Assembly (NCBI RefSeq): GCF_001447785.1
Contig: NW_015166485.1
Location: 183,087 to 247,086, forward strand
DNA from: Gekko japonicus
Lineage: Eukaryota
Direction: 5' to 3'
Length of the DNA stretch: 64,000 nucleotides
Under the pieces are notes generated by a model, which saw only the letters and a list, made by a program, of their open reading frames with translations, was not told where the DNA came from and did not search any database. Positions 1-26,604 of the stretch are shown piece by piece (position 1 is the stretch's first letter; each line of letters opens with the position of its first letter). A program made the translations under genes and the position numbers.

Positions 1-990
1 GGGGGTAAGGATCCCACTCCCAGCCTTTGGTGGGGCACCATTGGTGCCAGCGCCGGAGGTTAGGAGTCTGGGAGTATTCCTGGACACCTCCCTATCAATG
101 GAGGCCCAGGTAGCAGCCACTGCTAAGTCGGCCTTTTACCATCTTCGGCTGATTTGGTAGCTGGTTCCCTTCCTCAGCCGCAATGACCTGGCTACAGTGA
201 TCCACGTGATGGTCACGTCGAGACTAGACTACTGTAACGCTCTTTACATGGGGCTGCCCTTGTCATAAATCTGGAAGCTGCAGCTAGTGTGTAATGCCGT
301 GGCAAGGCTTTTGATGGGCCTTCCTAAATGGGAGCACATCCGGCCTGCGCTGAAGGCACTGCACTGGCTGGCAATAGCATACCGAATCCGCTTCAAGGTG
401 CTGGTACTTACCTTTAAAGCCCTATATGGCCAGGGTCCGACATACCTGAGGGACCGCCTTTCCCCATATATACCCCAGAGAGCACTACAGTCAGGGTCAC
501 AACATCGACTGACCATCCCATGCCCTAAGGATGCCAGGCTCGCTGCCGCCAGGGCCTTTTCAGTGGCGGCTCCATACTGGTGGAATGAGCTCCCAGAAGA
601 GATCAGGGCCCTTCGGGATCTTTTACAGTTCCACAGGGCCTGCAAGACGGAGCTCTTCCACCAGGCTTTCAATTAGGAGCCGCCACACCACTACCACCAA
701 CATCTGTGGTTATGAGTTGGCCCCAGCCTGGAGATTGAGGCATACCATTGCACGATGCCGAAAGATCACCAAATCGGAAACAATTGCTTGTATGCTATAT
801 AGTATGCCATCTTAATTGCTGAAAGACGATTACTATCACTTTGATTATTTGATTGTTTTAAATGTTTTAAATGTTTTAACTCTTGTATATGGTTCTATGG
901 TACTGGGTACCGACTAATGTAAGCCACCCTGAGCCTGTTCGCGGGGAGAGCGGGGTATAAATTAAATAAATAATTTTAAATAAATAATAG
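1..990 (+). mobile_element. L2-clade LINE 3' end (degenerate ORF2 C-terminus, 3' UTR and tail) in an SRCAP intron
   Basis: Translation ...SRLDYCNALYMGLP...LHWL...RIRFKVLVLTFKAL...RAFSVAAP..WN.LP with stops upstream; tail GTAAGCCACCCTGAG...GGGGTATAAA(TAAA)n. Confidence 0.85.
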
Positions 991-1260
991 TATCACAATA
1001 AATGAATAAAAGAAGAGGTTTTTTAAAAGTTGCTTTCTTATGACTTCAGAGGGGAAACTGCTGCCCTTGTTTGGTAGAGAAACTGCAGTGCTGGATCCTC
1101 CCAGCCCACGTGGCTGGGAGGTACTGGCTGCTGCAGGGAAGAGTCAGTCAAGGCCAAAAGCGCAGTGCAGCAGTTATTCTGAACAGAAGGGCTCCTGTTG
1201 AGGAGAACATGACAAGGCCAGATGACCATGCAAGTCTAAACATCTCCTCTCTTTCCACAG

Positions 1261-15071
<13,811 letters not shown>

Positions 15072-16320
15072 CCACAACGCAAGAAGTTACGACGTAACTT
15101 CTCTGCGGGGGTGGCTCAGTGGCCGTTCCCTCCCCTGCGCATCTCTGAAGCGGATCTAGCCTCCGCCCTCCCCTCGCTCTTACTCCTCCTCCCCTTCACA
15201 CTGGGGCAGCAGATGGGGCTCAAGACTACCCACACAGCTCCCTGCATTCCAGACTTGACTGTTAGTGTACTACTTGAACGGAGGACGGTGAGCACACTTC
15301 ATTCCCAGTTGCTTCCTGAGTGGGGCAAGGGACACTCCTGCTGACGGTATCTCGCTACCTGGGTATGTCACTCAGCTGTTCTGTCACTACGGGAGGTGGC
15401 ATGGCCAGCACTTTCTCCATGAATTCTGCTACTTTCCTGATTGGGGAGGGGGAAACAGCTCCTAGAGTTACACTACAGGGGCCCACACCGTCCGTGAATG
15501 CCCCAGCAGCTCAGTACCATGGTGGGCTTTCTAGGCGCTCGCATCCCATATGTCACCTTTGGGGGTTACGTGTCAGCCCCCTCCTTTTCCCACCTCCTCC
15601 CCCATTTCCCTCCCCACCCCAAAAGTAACACAGGGGATGCCTCCTGATTTATAACATGGCTAGCTCTTACGTTTTTTAAATAGCTTTAGGTTGGTTTTTA
15701 AATGACAGTGACCAAATGCTGGCTCTCTCTCTCTCCCCCTCTGGATTGTCCCCCCACACACACACACGCACGCACACACACAGCTTATTCCGTTCTCAGC
15801 TCGGAGCCCTCTTGAGGCACAGCAGTGGGCGAGTGGAGTCCTCAAAATGAGGTGCGAGGCTCCCCCACAGGGAAGGTGGTGCCTCCACTGCTTGCGCCCA
15901 CCACACCCACACACTCTCAAACACAGGCATTCACAGGCACCAGGAGAAGAAGAAAACTCATTTTTAATGATGTAAATTGCAGTCTCACTGCTCCAAGAAC
16001 TCTGTGGGTATCTCAGTTTGCTTGGATCCCTCTCCCTTTCCTCTTCCCCCCCCCCCCCACACTCTGTGTACAGCTCTCATTGTAAAATAGGTTCTTTTGA
16101 ACATAATCTATGCAAAGGTTATTTTGTATAGGGGAGCACAACGTTCCCTCCCCTCCCCCACCGCAGTGGGATGAAGGGGTGGCAGTGGTTCTCTGGTTTT
16201 GGGGAGGGGGTGCCGTTGGGGTGGAGGGGGAGGTGTTCCCATGGAGCTGTCTTTCCTACTGAAGCATGTTCAGAACTTGTACAGAAGACCGATGTAATCT
16301 TTCTTCAGAATAATGCTATG

Positions 16321-16326
16321 AATAAA
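16321..16326 (+). terminator. Probable SRCAP polyadenylation signal
   Basis: AATAAA about 1.25 kb after the stop, followed by an A-rich tract and a GT/T-rich downstream element. Confidence 0.7.
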
Positions 16327-17524
16327 GTGTTAAAAAAAAAAAGAAAAACCAACAGCACACCAAACAGGCCTGTGGTGTCTTTTTTTGCACGTTCCCTCAC
16401 TTCAGTCTTCTTTGAACATAGACCTCTGTCGCAGCTGGCCTGCAGAACAAGGGAGTCTTCTTCCTTGCGGGCCTGCGAGCTGTATTGGTTTCCTCTCCTT
16501 TGCCTGCCAGGGGGCATATAAATGGATCTGGGTGCTGGGAGTTGAGGGGGGTCATTCCTAATTCACTTGAGGCTTTTACCATTTAGCCCCTGAAGGTTGT
16601 TGCATCAGTAAGCGCGCAAGCCTGCTACCCCTTGCTCTCTCTCTCTAGTTGGATGAGATGCCTCCTCTCTAATGAGCAGGGCTGAGTTCTTTGCTGGCTT
16701 AATGCTCAGAGGAGAGGAAGGCTCTCCAGTCCCCTCTGCCTTTCCGAACAGTCTGCTAAGGTAGAAAAAATTCAGGCTGCCATGCTGGGTTCCTTTGGTG
16801 CCCTTGAAAGGCTGCAGAACTTGTGATGAGGGATGGCCTGACCTTTGGGTGACAAGCCAGTCGTGCTTCTTCGTCCTTTGCCACGGAAAGGACAGGAGTG
16901 AGATCCTGTCTGCTCTTACTAACAGAAGCCCAGCCTCAGCTCCCTGAAAAGACGGGGAACAAAATACCGAGGAGCACAGGAATTCAGGGAGGATTTGTTG
17001 GGCTTTACAGCTGCTTAAAACACTGAGAAAGGGATATGAGAAATGGTCTCTACCTGTGTAGTGGTGGTGGAAAGTTTGCCAGTCAGAGAAGCCTTTCGTG
17101 TAGTGGAGCCAAAATTACTTTGGAAGGCTCACTGAAAGGGCTGTCAAGTGTTAATAGATGGAGCAATCTCCTTGGTTTTACAGGTTGGGTACAAGAATGT
17201 GGGCAAACCAGTTCCCCCACCACCCTTGACATTGCCTGCCAGTGGGAGTCCTGTGAAAAATTCACCGGTGTTAATGTTGAGGTGTGTCCTTGTTTGGTTT
17301 GGGCTGGAACTATTTAAGATAAAGGTGGCTTTTTATTTCTTTTTGATAATCTGCATTGTGTCCGCCTGCCCTAAAACGCTGTTGGGGGTGGAGTGGAATT
17401 GAAATGTTCACAGCACTACCTTTTGTTAACCAAAAAGGAGACCTGAGTGAAGGCCTGGAGCTTTCTTGGGAATCAGGAACCAGCCACCGTATTCTATGAA
17501 CAGGAGCGCAAACCCCCAGCCTTT

Positions 17525-17712
17525 ATCTGGATGGCCCAGATGAGCCCAGTGAAGCTAAGTGGAGTCAGCCCTGGTTAGTACTTGGATGGGAGACCACCGA
17601 GGAACTCCAGGGTCGTCATGACACAGAGCCAGGCGAACCACCTCTCTTCAGTCCATCTCTTGCCTTGAAAATCCTATGAGGTCACTCACCATAAATCAGC
17701 TGCAACATGACA
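17525..17712 (+). mobile_element. 5S rRNA-derived SINE (5S-Sauria-like)
   Basis: 5S-like GAAGCTAAG...CCCTGGTTAGTACTTGGATGGGAGACC followed by an RTE-like tail. Confidence 0.7.
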
Positions 17713-19806
17713 ACCCCACCCCACTTTTAGCTCATTGTCTTCTGTGCGCTGTGTACATTTTAGTTTATAAGAAAGGAGCAGCTGGACAGTGGGAACAAGA
17801 CTGCAGTTCGGTGCTGGGGGAGGAGACGTACAATCAGGCTGGTTTGCCCTAGTTAAACAGTTGCTTAATTGCAAAGTCGTGAGGATTATTACTCCAGTCT
17901 GAAACTACTACTTTTTTTTTGCAGTGGGGAATGGGGCAGAATGCCTAGCCCATAGAGAGTAAGCATTTCCTCTGGTATGTCCCAGAATGCTAGAAGGTCC
18001 TTCCCTTGCTGGGGTGGAGTGGAGACGACTGTAGTGGATACCATCCAGGGGATTAAAATAAATTATATGCAGGTATCGGAAAAGTGGCCGGGGATGTTGC
18101 AACAGCTTATAATGCACAGCATAGTTAAACTTCTGTTCTCCGTCCACCGAGGAAAGTGTTTTGAAGGTGTCCTGTTTGCTTCAGCAGGTAGGGCTGGTGG
18201 TTGAAATGGGGTTGCTCCATAGCCCCCGCTGTGGGAAGAGGCCTCTCCCAACTGTTGATCAAAATCTTGGCACTGCTTTTCTGCCTACGTTCGTTTCAGC
18301 AGATTCCTCACTGCCTTTGGGGCCCCAGGTCCTTAATTTCTAACCTACCTAAGGTTGGAAAGGAGCGCTGTGTAATAACCAAGCACCTAATTGATACAGG
18401 ACCTCAACCTTTGTGGTGTTTTGCCTGGGATTCCAAGCAGGCTTGCTTAGAAGTGGGGCTTCAGTTCCTGAATCCCTTAGTGGAACGTGAAGAGTAAGTG
18501 GGGCTTCAGTTCCTGAATCCCTTACTGGAATGTGAAGAGTCCAGGTAAGAATGAGATGTGCAAAGAGCTGCTCTTGGTACTGCAGGTGGCCCCGCTGTGT
18601 GCCTTTCAGGAATAAGAGTTTACAACTCAGTGGCCGTGCCTTTCAAGACCTCTTGAATGGCTGGCCCACTTGTATGAGAGCACAGGTGGCTGTAGGCATC
18701 ATTAGACCCCCTTGGGGCTTCAAGTATGGATGTATGGGATAGGGAAATACAACTGCTCCGTATGGATGTATGGGATAGGGAAATACAATTGCTATCCTGA
18801 GCATGTTTCCCCTTTTATGGAGGAACACAGCATCAGTTATATTCCATTAAAACCCAAAGTCTAAAGGTAGGGCAAAAAGACCTGGAGGTCTGACCCTTGC
18901 TCCCTTCTATCTAGACCCCCTGGACACTGCTATTTCCCAGAGCTGGAAAGGAGAGAAAAAAATCATCCAGGGGCCCTGCTTTGTATAATGCTTTTAACCA
19001 GGAAAGCCCCATTGCTTTCAGCGATTGAAGAAGAAAGTCCCCAAGTTGTAACCTTTCAGCTTTCCTGCTCTTTTGGATGTCCCTCTTCTTAAAACTCCTT
19101 GCTCTGTAATACAGAAGGACTAGAACGTAGGCAGAGCGAAAGAGTGATCTAACACTGACTCCCAGGAGCAACCCACATTCCTGATTTGGTTCCAGGTGGT
19201 GACCTCATCCACCGAGAGTCTGGGACCCAGCCCAAAACAAGCACTAGGAATCCGGCAGGTATGTGAGCATTCAACAGCCGGAGAGGTGAGTGAGAAGACC
19301 AAACGGAGAGCCTTCCTGAGGAACAGTGGGGAGGTCACCTGCTCGCAGTTTGGGGCTCTTTTCCCAGATTCCTTTTTAATTTTTCAATCCAAAAGAGGAG
19401 CTGGATTTTGAAGTCCCTAGAGTTGGGAAGATCTAACCAGGCATCCAGAAGACCTTAAAACTCACGAAGATGACCTAATTACCATCGTACCATTTGTATC
19501 ATGCTTCTAATTTTGCAAATGGCTCTACAGATGTTGATCACAACAGTCTGGTGAAGTATGGCACTGGCATGTTCACATTACAAGCAGGAAGTGGGCGTGG
19601 AGAAAGTGACTGCCGGATTTGAATCCAGGACACCCACATTGAAGACTTGATTGATTTTCGCAGCCTTCGGGTGCTGAATTCAGAATCATCACTGTGGACT
19701 CAGATGCCCACTCCACATTAAAGGCAGAGAAACAAAGGCATCCTTTAAAAAAAAACAACAACAACACCCCACTCTCCAGCGACCTCAGTTCTGTGTCCCA
19801 GGGACG

Positions 19807-22800
19807 ATGGCCGAAGAGATGGAGCTCGGCAATGGGACCCTTCCTCAAGAAGGAGGTGAGACCACTGTGATGATCAATGTGGGGTCTGCAGAGACACGCA
19901 ACGCTGACAAGTCCTTTATTTTGCGCACGCACAAACTACGCAACCTGGCTATAGCTAGCATCATCTGCGGCTGTTCCTGCCTTGGAGTCCTAGCCCTGAT
20001 CTACGCGGTCAAGGTGAGCTATGGATGCGTGTGTGATAACTTTATTCCTGCTCCCAATGAAAAGGGTAACTCAGAGCAGCCTTTGGGCCAGAAGAGGTTC
20101 TGGGCACTTGTCTTTATAAGAATTTATTTGCCAATGCACTTGGGCACAGGAGGGAGAGCGTGTCATCCCACAGAGATGGTGGAGAGAGCTTGTACCTTAG
20201 TAACGGAGACCATGCCCTTCAGGGAAAGTCCCAGGTTCACATCCTGGTGTCTCCAGCTAACAGGATCTCAGGGCAGGTAGGCCATGTTGAGAAAGATCCC
20301 CCTTTATATGCAGGACAGGGATGCTGTCCAATCAAAATAGTTCCCGCCTACCAGAAAAACCCTGATAACCATTTTTGTGTTCACTGTTTCCACTTTGGTC
20401 CGTCATTGCTGTTTTCTGATTCCATATAACCAAACGTTCTGGTTGCCTGAGGTATTTGGGGCGGCACTCTGTCAGGCTAAACAAGCAGAAAAAATGTTTT
20501 GCTTCAGTTTGTTGTGAGAAGGCAGATGTTGCGGGGGGGGGCACAGAAACTCCTACATACACTGTCGGTCAGGATGGGGGGGCAAACATTAAGCCCAGAT
20601 GACCCCCCCACCTGCAAAAGAAACTTATTTCCCATTGAAATGAGCAGAAAGTATGATCAGTTTGGGTTTCATAAGATATTTAGCTTTATTCTAATTTTAA
20701 AAATCTGATCAAAAAAAGAAGAAAAAAGATATTTCTTTGTGCTAAGACCCTAGAGATCTGCTAGCCGCCAGAGAAGACTGTGCTGAGCTGAATGGATCCC
20801 TGGCCGGATTCTCTATGGCAGCTTCAGAATGGTTAGAATCTAGGTCTACCGTCCCCAAATTGAAACCAGGCAAATGTTTTTAGCACTGCCCTTCCCACCA
20901 GGAGGATGGGTGTGTCTTCCACGGACATTCCATGCATACCCAGGTGTGTTGTGAGCACCTTCCGTTGGGCGGAAGAGAAAGAGAAGAGGCTTGAGGGCAC
21001 TTTGTTGCAGTTAATGGCCCCCTGAGTGGATCTCATCATTCAAGACCAGGCTGTGCCCAAGGGAAGAAAACTCTGGCCATGACAAGCTAGGATTTCCATA
21101 GGTCTGAGCGGAATAGAATGGAAATTCGTTTTGCCAGTTCATGTATTTCAGACCGGTGGGGACAAGCAACCTGTGATGGGCCATCTCTGGCAATGAGAAG
21201 TTGCTATGTCTCTGCCACCCCACCCCACAATTACTGCCGTATACAAGAGTTAAAACACTGGTATGGGAGCAGCACCCACAGAACTGCTGAGGCCATAGCT
21301 ACCTGTCACTGCAAATACTCTGGAACACCACTGTTCTGAAATAAGGGACACCCATTAAGTGCCATGTGGCAGTGAGGTTTCAGAGCAACTGCTGCTGAGT
21401 CCTTTAAGGAAGCTCTGGGTGAAACCTGAACACTTACCAGGGCCCCAGAGTGAGAAGAGCTACCGCAGAAAAGATTCTCTGGAAGAAGCGTGGTCAACCA
21501 CTACCAGTTGTTTTTCAAGGTGGTGTTCTAAGCCACATCCACAGAGGTCATGTGAACATTACGTGCACTCTAGGACACGGCCTAGAATCCTCTGCACGAT
21601 GCAGAGATGCTATGGCAGATACAAATGCAGAAAGTATTCCTTGAAAACAGAAAGCTTTACAAACCATGGCATTGTTTTTGTGGCCGCAAATGGAACCAGT
21701 GAAGAACAAGTCAAAGCCACACCAGCAGTAGCAGCAGAAAAGAAAAATCAAGGTGCTGAAAAAAAGGTTTTATTGTTATTCTTACTTTGAACTGGGATCA
21801 CCTTGATTTTTCTAAAAGAAAAATCAAGGTGTTGAAAAAAACGTTTTATTGTTCTTGCTTTGAACTGGGATCACCTTGATTTTTATTTTATTGTTATTCT
21901 TACTTTGAACTGGGATCACCTTGATTTTTCTTTTCTGCTGCAAATGGAACCACCCACTTGGAATCAGCTGCCCTCCATCACAGGAGGATGTTATGCTTGG
22001 ACCAGCCTACTAACACTTCGTGACTGGCTGGTTTATGATTGGTCCCTTCCCTGTGACAGCCATTTCGTGGTGCTGTCCACTCGCTCAGCCTTGACCTGGA
22101 TGGACCAGGCTAGGTGACCTCATCAGATCTCGGAAGCTGAACGGAGTCAGCCCTGGTTAGTACTTGGATGGGAAGACCACCAAGGAAGTCCAAGGTCATT
22201 ACACAGAGGCAGGCCATGGCAGACCACCTCTGGACGTCTCTTGCCTTGAAGCCCCTGTGGAGTTGCCATAGGCTGGTTGTGATTTGACGGCACTATCCAC
22301 CACTGGCTCCACACGTTTTTTGGGACCCCTGGTCTGAACCTTGACAACATTTTGCTGAATAGAACTAATGAACAGAAATCTCATCTAGCCCTTTGGACAC
22401 AATGCCTCTCTGACCTGAGATGAGTGTTGATCGTTCATAAACAGATTAACCCAGATGGCATTTAGGATTTACTAAAATGAGGATTTTCCTTGCCCTACCA
22501 GCTTCTTAATACACTTTCCCCCCTACTTACTTTCAGAGTTCCTACATAATGTTTCCAATCAAGTCACACAGAAACCTGCTAGCAGACCTTTTTTTTAATC
22601 CGTGGAAGACTGATAAATGGCAATACTTCCTCAGATCTCTTGACCCTGAGCCTCACGTCACACAGCAGCACAGTAAGGTGTGTACAAAACACACCAACAG
22701 TGCAGTCCTAAGCAGAGTTATGCCCTAGCAATCCCATTGACTGGATTTAGAACAGCGTAACTCTGCTTAAGGTTGTCCTAAGTCGGAAGCAACGTGACAA

Positions 22801-23223
22801 CACTGAACACACAATTCCCCTGTAAGGGAATTTACGTGACAACACTGAACACACAATTCCCCTTAAGACTGCCCTGTAAGGGAAGTAAAAGATGTTGTCA
22901 ATTAACACCAAGCACCATGGCAGGTTACTGGATATAAGAAAAGTTCGGCCAACAGGAGCCAACTTTGAATACAACGGTCATTCTTTGAAATGAGTGACAA
23001 CAGGCGACTTTACTCAGTGATGGGATTTTTCTAACCAACCTCTCTGTTCCCTCTCCTGCAGTCTAGGGAGAAACAAAAAATGAATTCCCATGACTCAGCA
23101 GCCTACTGGTATCGGAAGTCCCGGTGTATGTCTTGGCTAAGTATTGGTGTCTGGGTCTCTCTCCTCCTCCTGGTACCCCTCTTAACCATCCTCGTTTCCT
23201 ACATCTTCTCTCAAGCCGAATGA
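19807..23223 (+). CDS. TMEM265: TMEM265 (small CD225/dispanin, IFITM-like membrane protein), 122 aa
   Basis: Exon 19807-20013 (MAEEMEL...LRNLAIASIICGCSCLGVLALIYAVK|gtgag) joins exon 23062-23223 (cag|SREKQKMNSHDSAAYWYRKSRCMSWLSIGVWVSLLLLVPLLTILVSYIFSQAE-TGA). Two hydrophobic segments, a CD225-like layout, and the syntenic position between SRCAP and PHKG2. Confidence 0.88.
22090..22295 (+). mobile_element. 5S rRNA-derived SINE
   Basis: GATCTCGGAAGCT...CCCTGGTTAGTACTTGGATGGG...ACCACCTCTG...TTGACGGCAC. Confidence 0.75.
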
Positions 23224-24124
23224 TGCTCTTCATGAATGCATGCCAGAATTGTGTCTTCTGCAAGGCTTTCCCAGCTGGACTCATTCTAAATTGGCATCGA
23301 GCAACTTGTTGCTTGCCCACTAGCAAGGTGACCTGCTGTGTGCCCTCTGGCCTGGAGGAGATCAGAGAAGTGAGAGTGTGGAAACGGAGCTCCTTACATC
23401 ACCTTTCTGGGCTGCACTAGAATTAGGGCCTGGATTGAGCCTCAATCCCTGACAGAAAGACTCTCTCGTTTATGGTTGAGGAGGGCGGGACTGTTGACAA
23501 AGAACTGGAGTCCCGGTTTACAGAAGACTGGGCACGTAAATAGTGCTAGACAGAATGTTACAAATCTTGTTTGGTTTCTGCAAGAGGACTTGGCATACTT
23601 CAGTTATGCCCGTGGCGCAGATGCCCAGTACATCTTGATTTAGACTTCTCTGGTGCCCCTATGTGACCAGAGTAGCCAAGTTCGAGAGACTGAAGCCGCA
23701 TCATTCACTGCTGTGCAATTTTCCTTTAATCCAAAGTTGCGTTCTTGCTGCTGCCGTGTTGGTGTGTCCTCTGAGCACTTGTTCCATGAGCCCCTTTTGA
23801 CCACATGCACAGAGCGCTCAACCTGTATCTTGGAGACCTTACTTCGGATCCCGGGTTGGCTATAGCCTCCTTCCTTAGTCACACTTTGAGTCTCGGTTCT
23901 TCACTTATAAAAATAAGAGACTGCAAGCGTAAGGACTCTTTCCTGGGAGAGAGCCTGATTGAATAACATGGAACTGCTTTGGAATGCTCCCATCAAGGCT
24001 GAAGGGAGAGTGCATGAAATAAAGGTTGTAAAACCACTTTAAGCACACAGTAGAAAGAAGATAACCAGTAGCACTTTGTAGAGACCATTCTTCTTGGCTG
24101 CTCTTAATGTTCCTTGAAAGGAAC

Positions 24125-24749
24125 TGTAATGATTTCATTTTTTTTTGGTGTGTGTGTTTCTTTAAATGTTTAGTTTGACTGCAGTACTGTAAGAAGAGTG
24201 ATAGAGGGAGACAAGTGTGATGTGATTGGCTGATGATTGAGTGTGGGAGGAGGAGTGTCTATGAGAGGATTCTGAGTGAAGTTTGAAGAGAGCATAGTCT
24301 GTGTGACTATGGAAGATTTTGAGTCTATTCTGTGTGAATAAGACAAAGAGTTCAGCCTGTGTGGCTATACATATGAGAGAGAGAGAGATTAGACTAAGTG
24401 TCTACACCTGTCAGAGTGGAGTTCTGGGAGTTTGAGAGACCGTTTGTGACACCAAGCTTTGCCAGTTATATTTACAAGTTCCTTTCATCAGCAATAGTTC
24501 AAAATAACCAGAAACCTATTTTGTTCTTTATTAAATAAATAATTTTTTGTTTAAACTTATCCCAGAAATCAGAATAGTCCTTCCTCAGGGCCACATAGTC
24601 CTCTGAAGTGCCCAGACCCTAGGTCATTCTACCAAAAGAGAGAGATTTGGAATTTTTAATTCCTGGTGGCAGCAGAAATCTACCAAGTTTAGGTACATGG
24701 AGGGTGGTTTAAAGGTAAAACCGTCTCCCCAATAAGCAAGGACATCACA
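24125..24749 (+). mobile_element. Possible solo LTR
   Basis: TGTAATG...CATCACA termini with internal AATAAA and TGGTGGCAGC; no clear TSD. Confidence 0.35.
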
Positions 24750-25361
24750 TGGACTTATCTCACATAGTCTGATTGGGTCCTCTGGCTAGGTCTGCCAACC
24801 TCCAGGTGGGTGTAGAAACAACAGAGAGATCACAGGAACGATGCAAACCATAACAAAAACCGTGATGTTATATTATGCAAATATATTTAGACTACTATTC
24901 TGTAGTGAATTGTATTTCTTCCATCACATTATAAAAATATACGCATAGCCACAACGGGAATTGCATATAATACCATTTCACACAACAGCTTTTCTAAGTG
25001 TACTGCGGAAATACCATTAGTTTACACCGTCAACAATTCTTATCTATTAATTAACACACAACCTTCTTCCCACTTCAATAAAACAAATTCTTTCAGTGCT
25101 CATGAAGGAATACGATTCACTACAGAATAGTAGTCTAAATATATTTTCATAATTGTTTTCATTAACCTCCAGGTGGGGGCTGGAGATCTTCTGGAATTGC
25201 AGCTGATCTCCGGACACCAGTTCCCCTGGAGCAAAGGGCTGCTTTACAGGGTGGGCTCTGCGGCATCCCGTCCCTGCTGAGTTCCCTCCCCCAAGCCCTG
25301 CTCTCCCCAGGCTCCACCCCCAACTCCCCAGGAATTTCCCAGCCCAGAGCTGGCAACCCTT

Positions 25362-25735
25362 ATGCAGTTCCGCAGGGCCTGCAAGACGGAGCTCTTTTGC
25401 CAGGCCTTTGAGTAGGAGCCGCCGCCCCATTATACCACCACAGTCAAGGTATTTTAAAGGATGCATCGACGAGGCCTGAGGAAGAACCGGGAAACTGTAG
25501 AAGATCTGATGCCGTCGTCATTGGACATGTACACCAGGGGAGTACCATCTGGAACTGGACTTACCATCTTGGATTTAGGACATTAGTAATAGATTGAGTA
25601 CTGTGGTTTTAATGTTGGATGTTTTATTATGTTTTTACATGTTTTTATATATGGCATGGCTAATGGCTTGCCCTTGTTAGCCGCCCTGAGCCCACTGGGG
25701 AGGGCGGGATATCAATATGAAAAATAAATAAATAA
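25362..25735 (+). mobile_element. L2 LINE 3' fragment
   Basis: CAGTTCCGCAGGGCCTGCAAGACGGAGCTC matches 624-665; tail GCCGCCCTGAG...GGGCGGGATA(AAAT)n. Confidence 0.75.
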
Positions 25736-26401
25736 CCCCTAGCTCCTCTCCGTGGTGACGGTTGTCTAAATGCAGGGTCATGTGACATCTCATTGATTAT
25801 ATACATAAGAGGAACCTAGAGAGTTCTTGCTTTTGCAGCCCAGACAAATAAGAGGAAACGAAGAAGAAAGCCTGGAAAGGGATTCAACTCTTGAGTGATC
25901 CACTCCGAAGGGGAAATGACCTCCTTGCCGGAGACGGCAGGGACGGTGGTCGACTGCTCGCTTCGGACCCAAGCAGCTCATTCGCGGTGTGGCTGCCCCA
26001 TGTCGTTATCTCAGTGCACCCAAACGTGATATTAATGATTCCGTTACACATTTCCCAAATTAAATACATTATGGGCACCCGACTAACTTGGTTTGAGGCG
26101 CCGGTGCAGAATAGGCTGCTGCAAAATAAGTGAACGCAAGTTTATGCTTTGAGCTGACAAGACGTCACCCCTCCCTGTGTAACGTGAGCAGCCGTGGGGT
26201 GTCAATTGCTGCAGAGCTGGATCGTTAGCGGGTTCGGATCTCCATTCCAACAAGTCAAAAAGAGGGGGAGAACACCCTCCAAAACTGGGTTTGCATTCTT
26301 TTTCTGGCAGCAAGCTGAGAGCCAGCTGAACGGGAGGATCGGCCAGCTGAGGCCTACCTTAACTCCTTAAAGCAGTTACTTTTGACGGAGATGTGTACTT
26401 A

Positions 26402-26604
26402 CAGTGTTCCTTCTAAGCTGAGTTAGTGTGAGTTAGCTCACTGTTTTTTAGCCTCTGGCTCACAGATTTTTGTTTCAGCTCAGGAAGGGCTCCAGAGCAA
26501 ACTAATTTATGCAGTAGCCAAATCGCTCCCTCTCAACTTTAATGCCAGTAGCTCACAAAGTAGAGGTTTGGCTCACAAGACTCCACGGCTTAGAGGGAGC
26601 ATTG
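26402..26604 (+). mobile_element. hAT MITE (~200 bp), copy 1 of 7
   Basis: Family TIRs CAGTGTTCCCTCTAAGCTG / GCTTAGAGGGAGCATTG. Confidence 0.85.

Noticed and set aside
18452-18790. Short direct duplications (~45 bp and ~29 bp); another at ~22793-22862
   Set aside because: Ordinary slippage duplications
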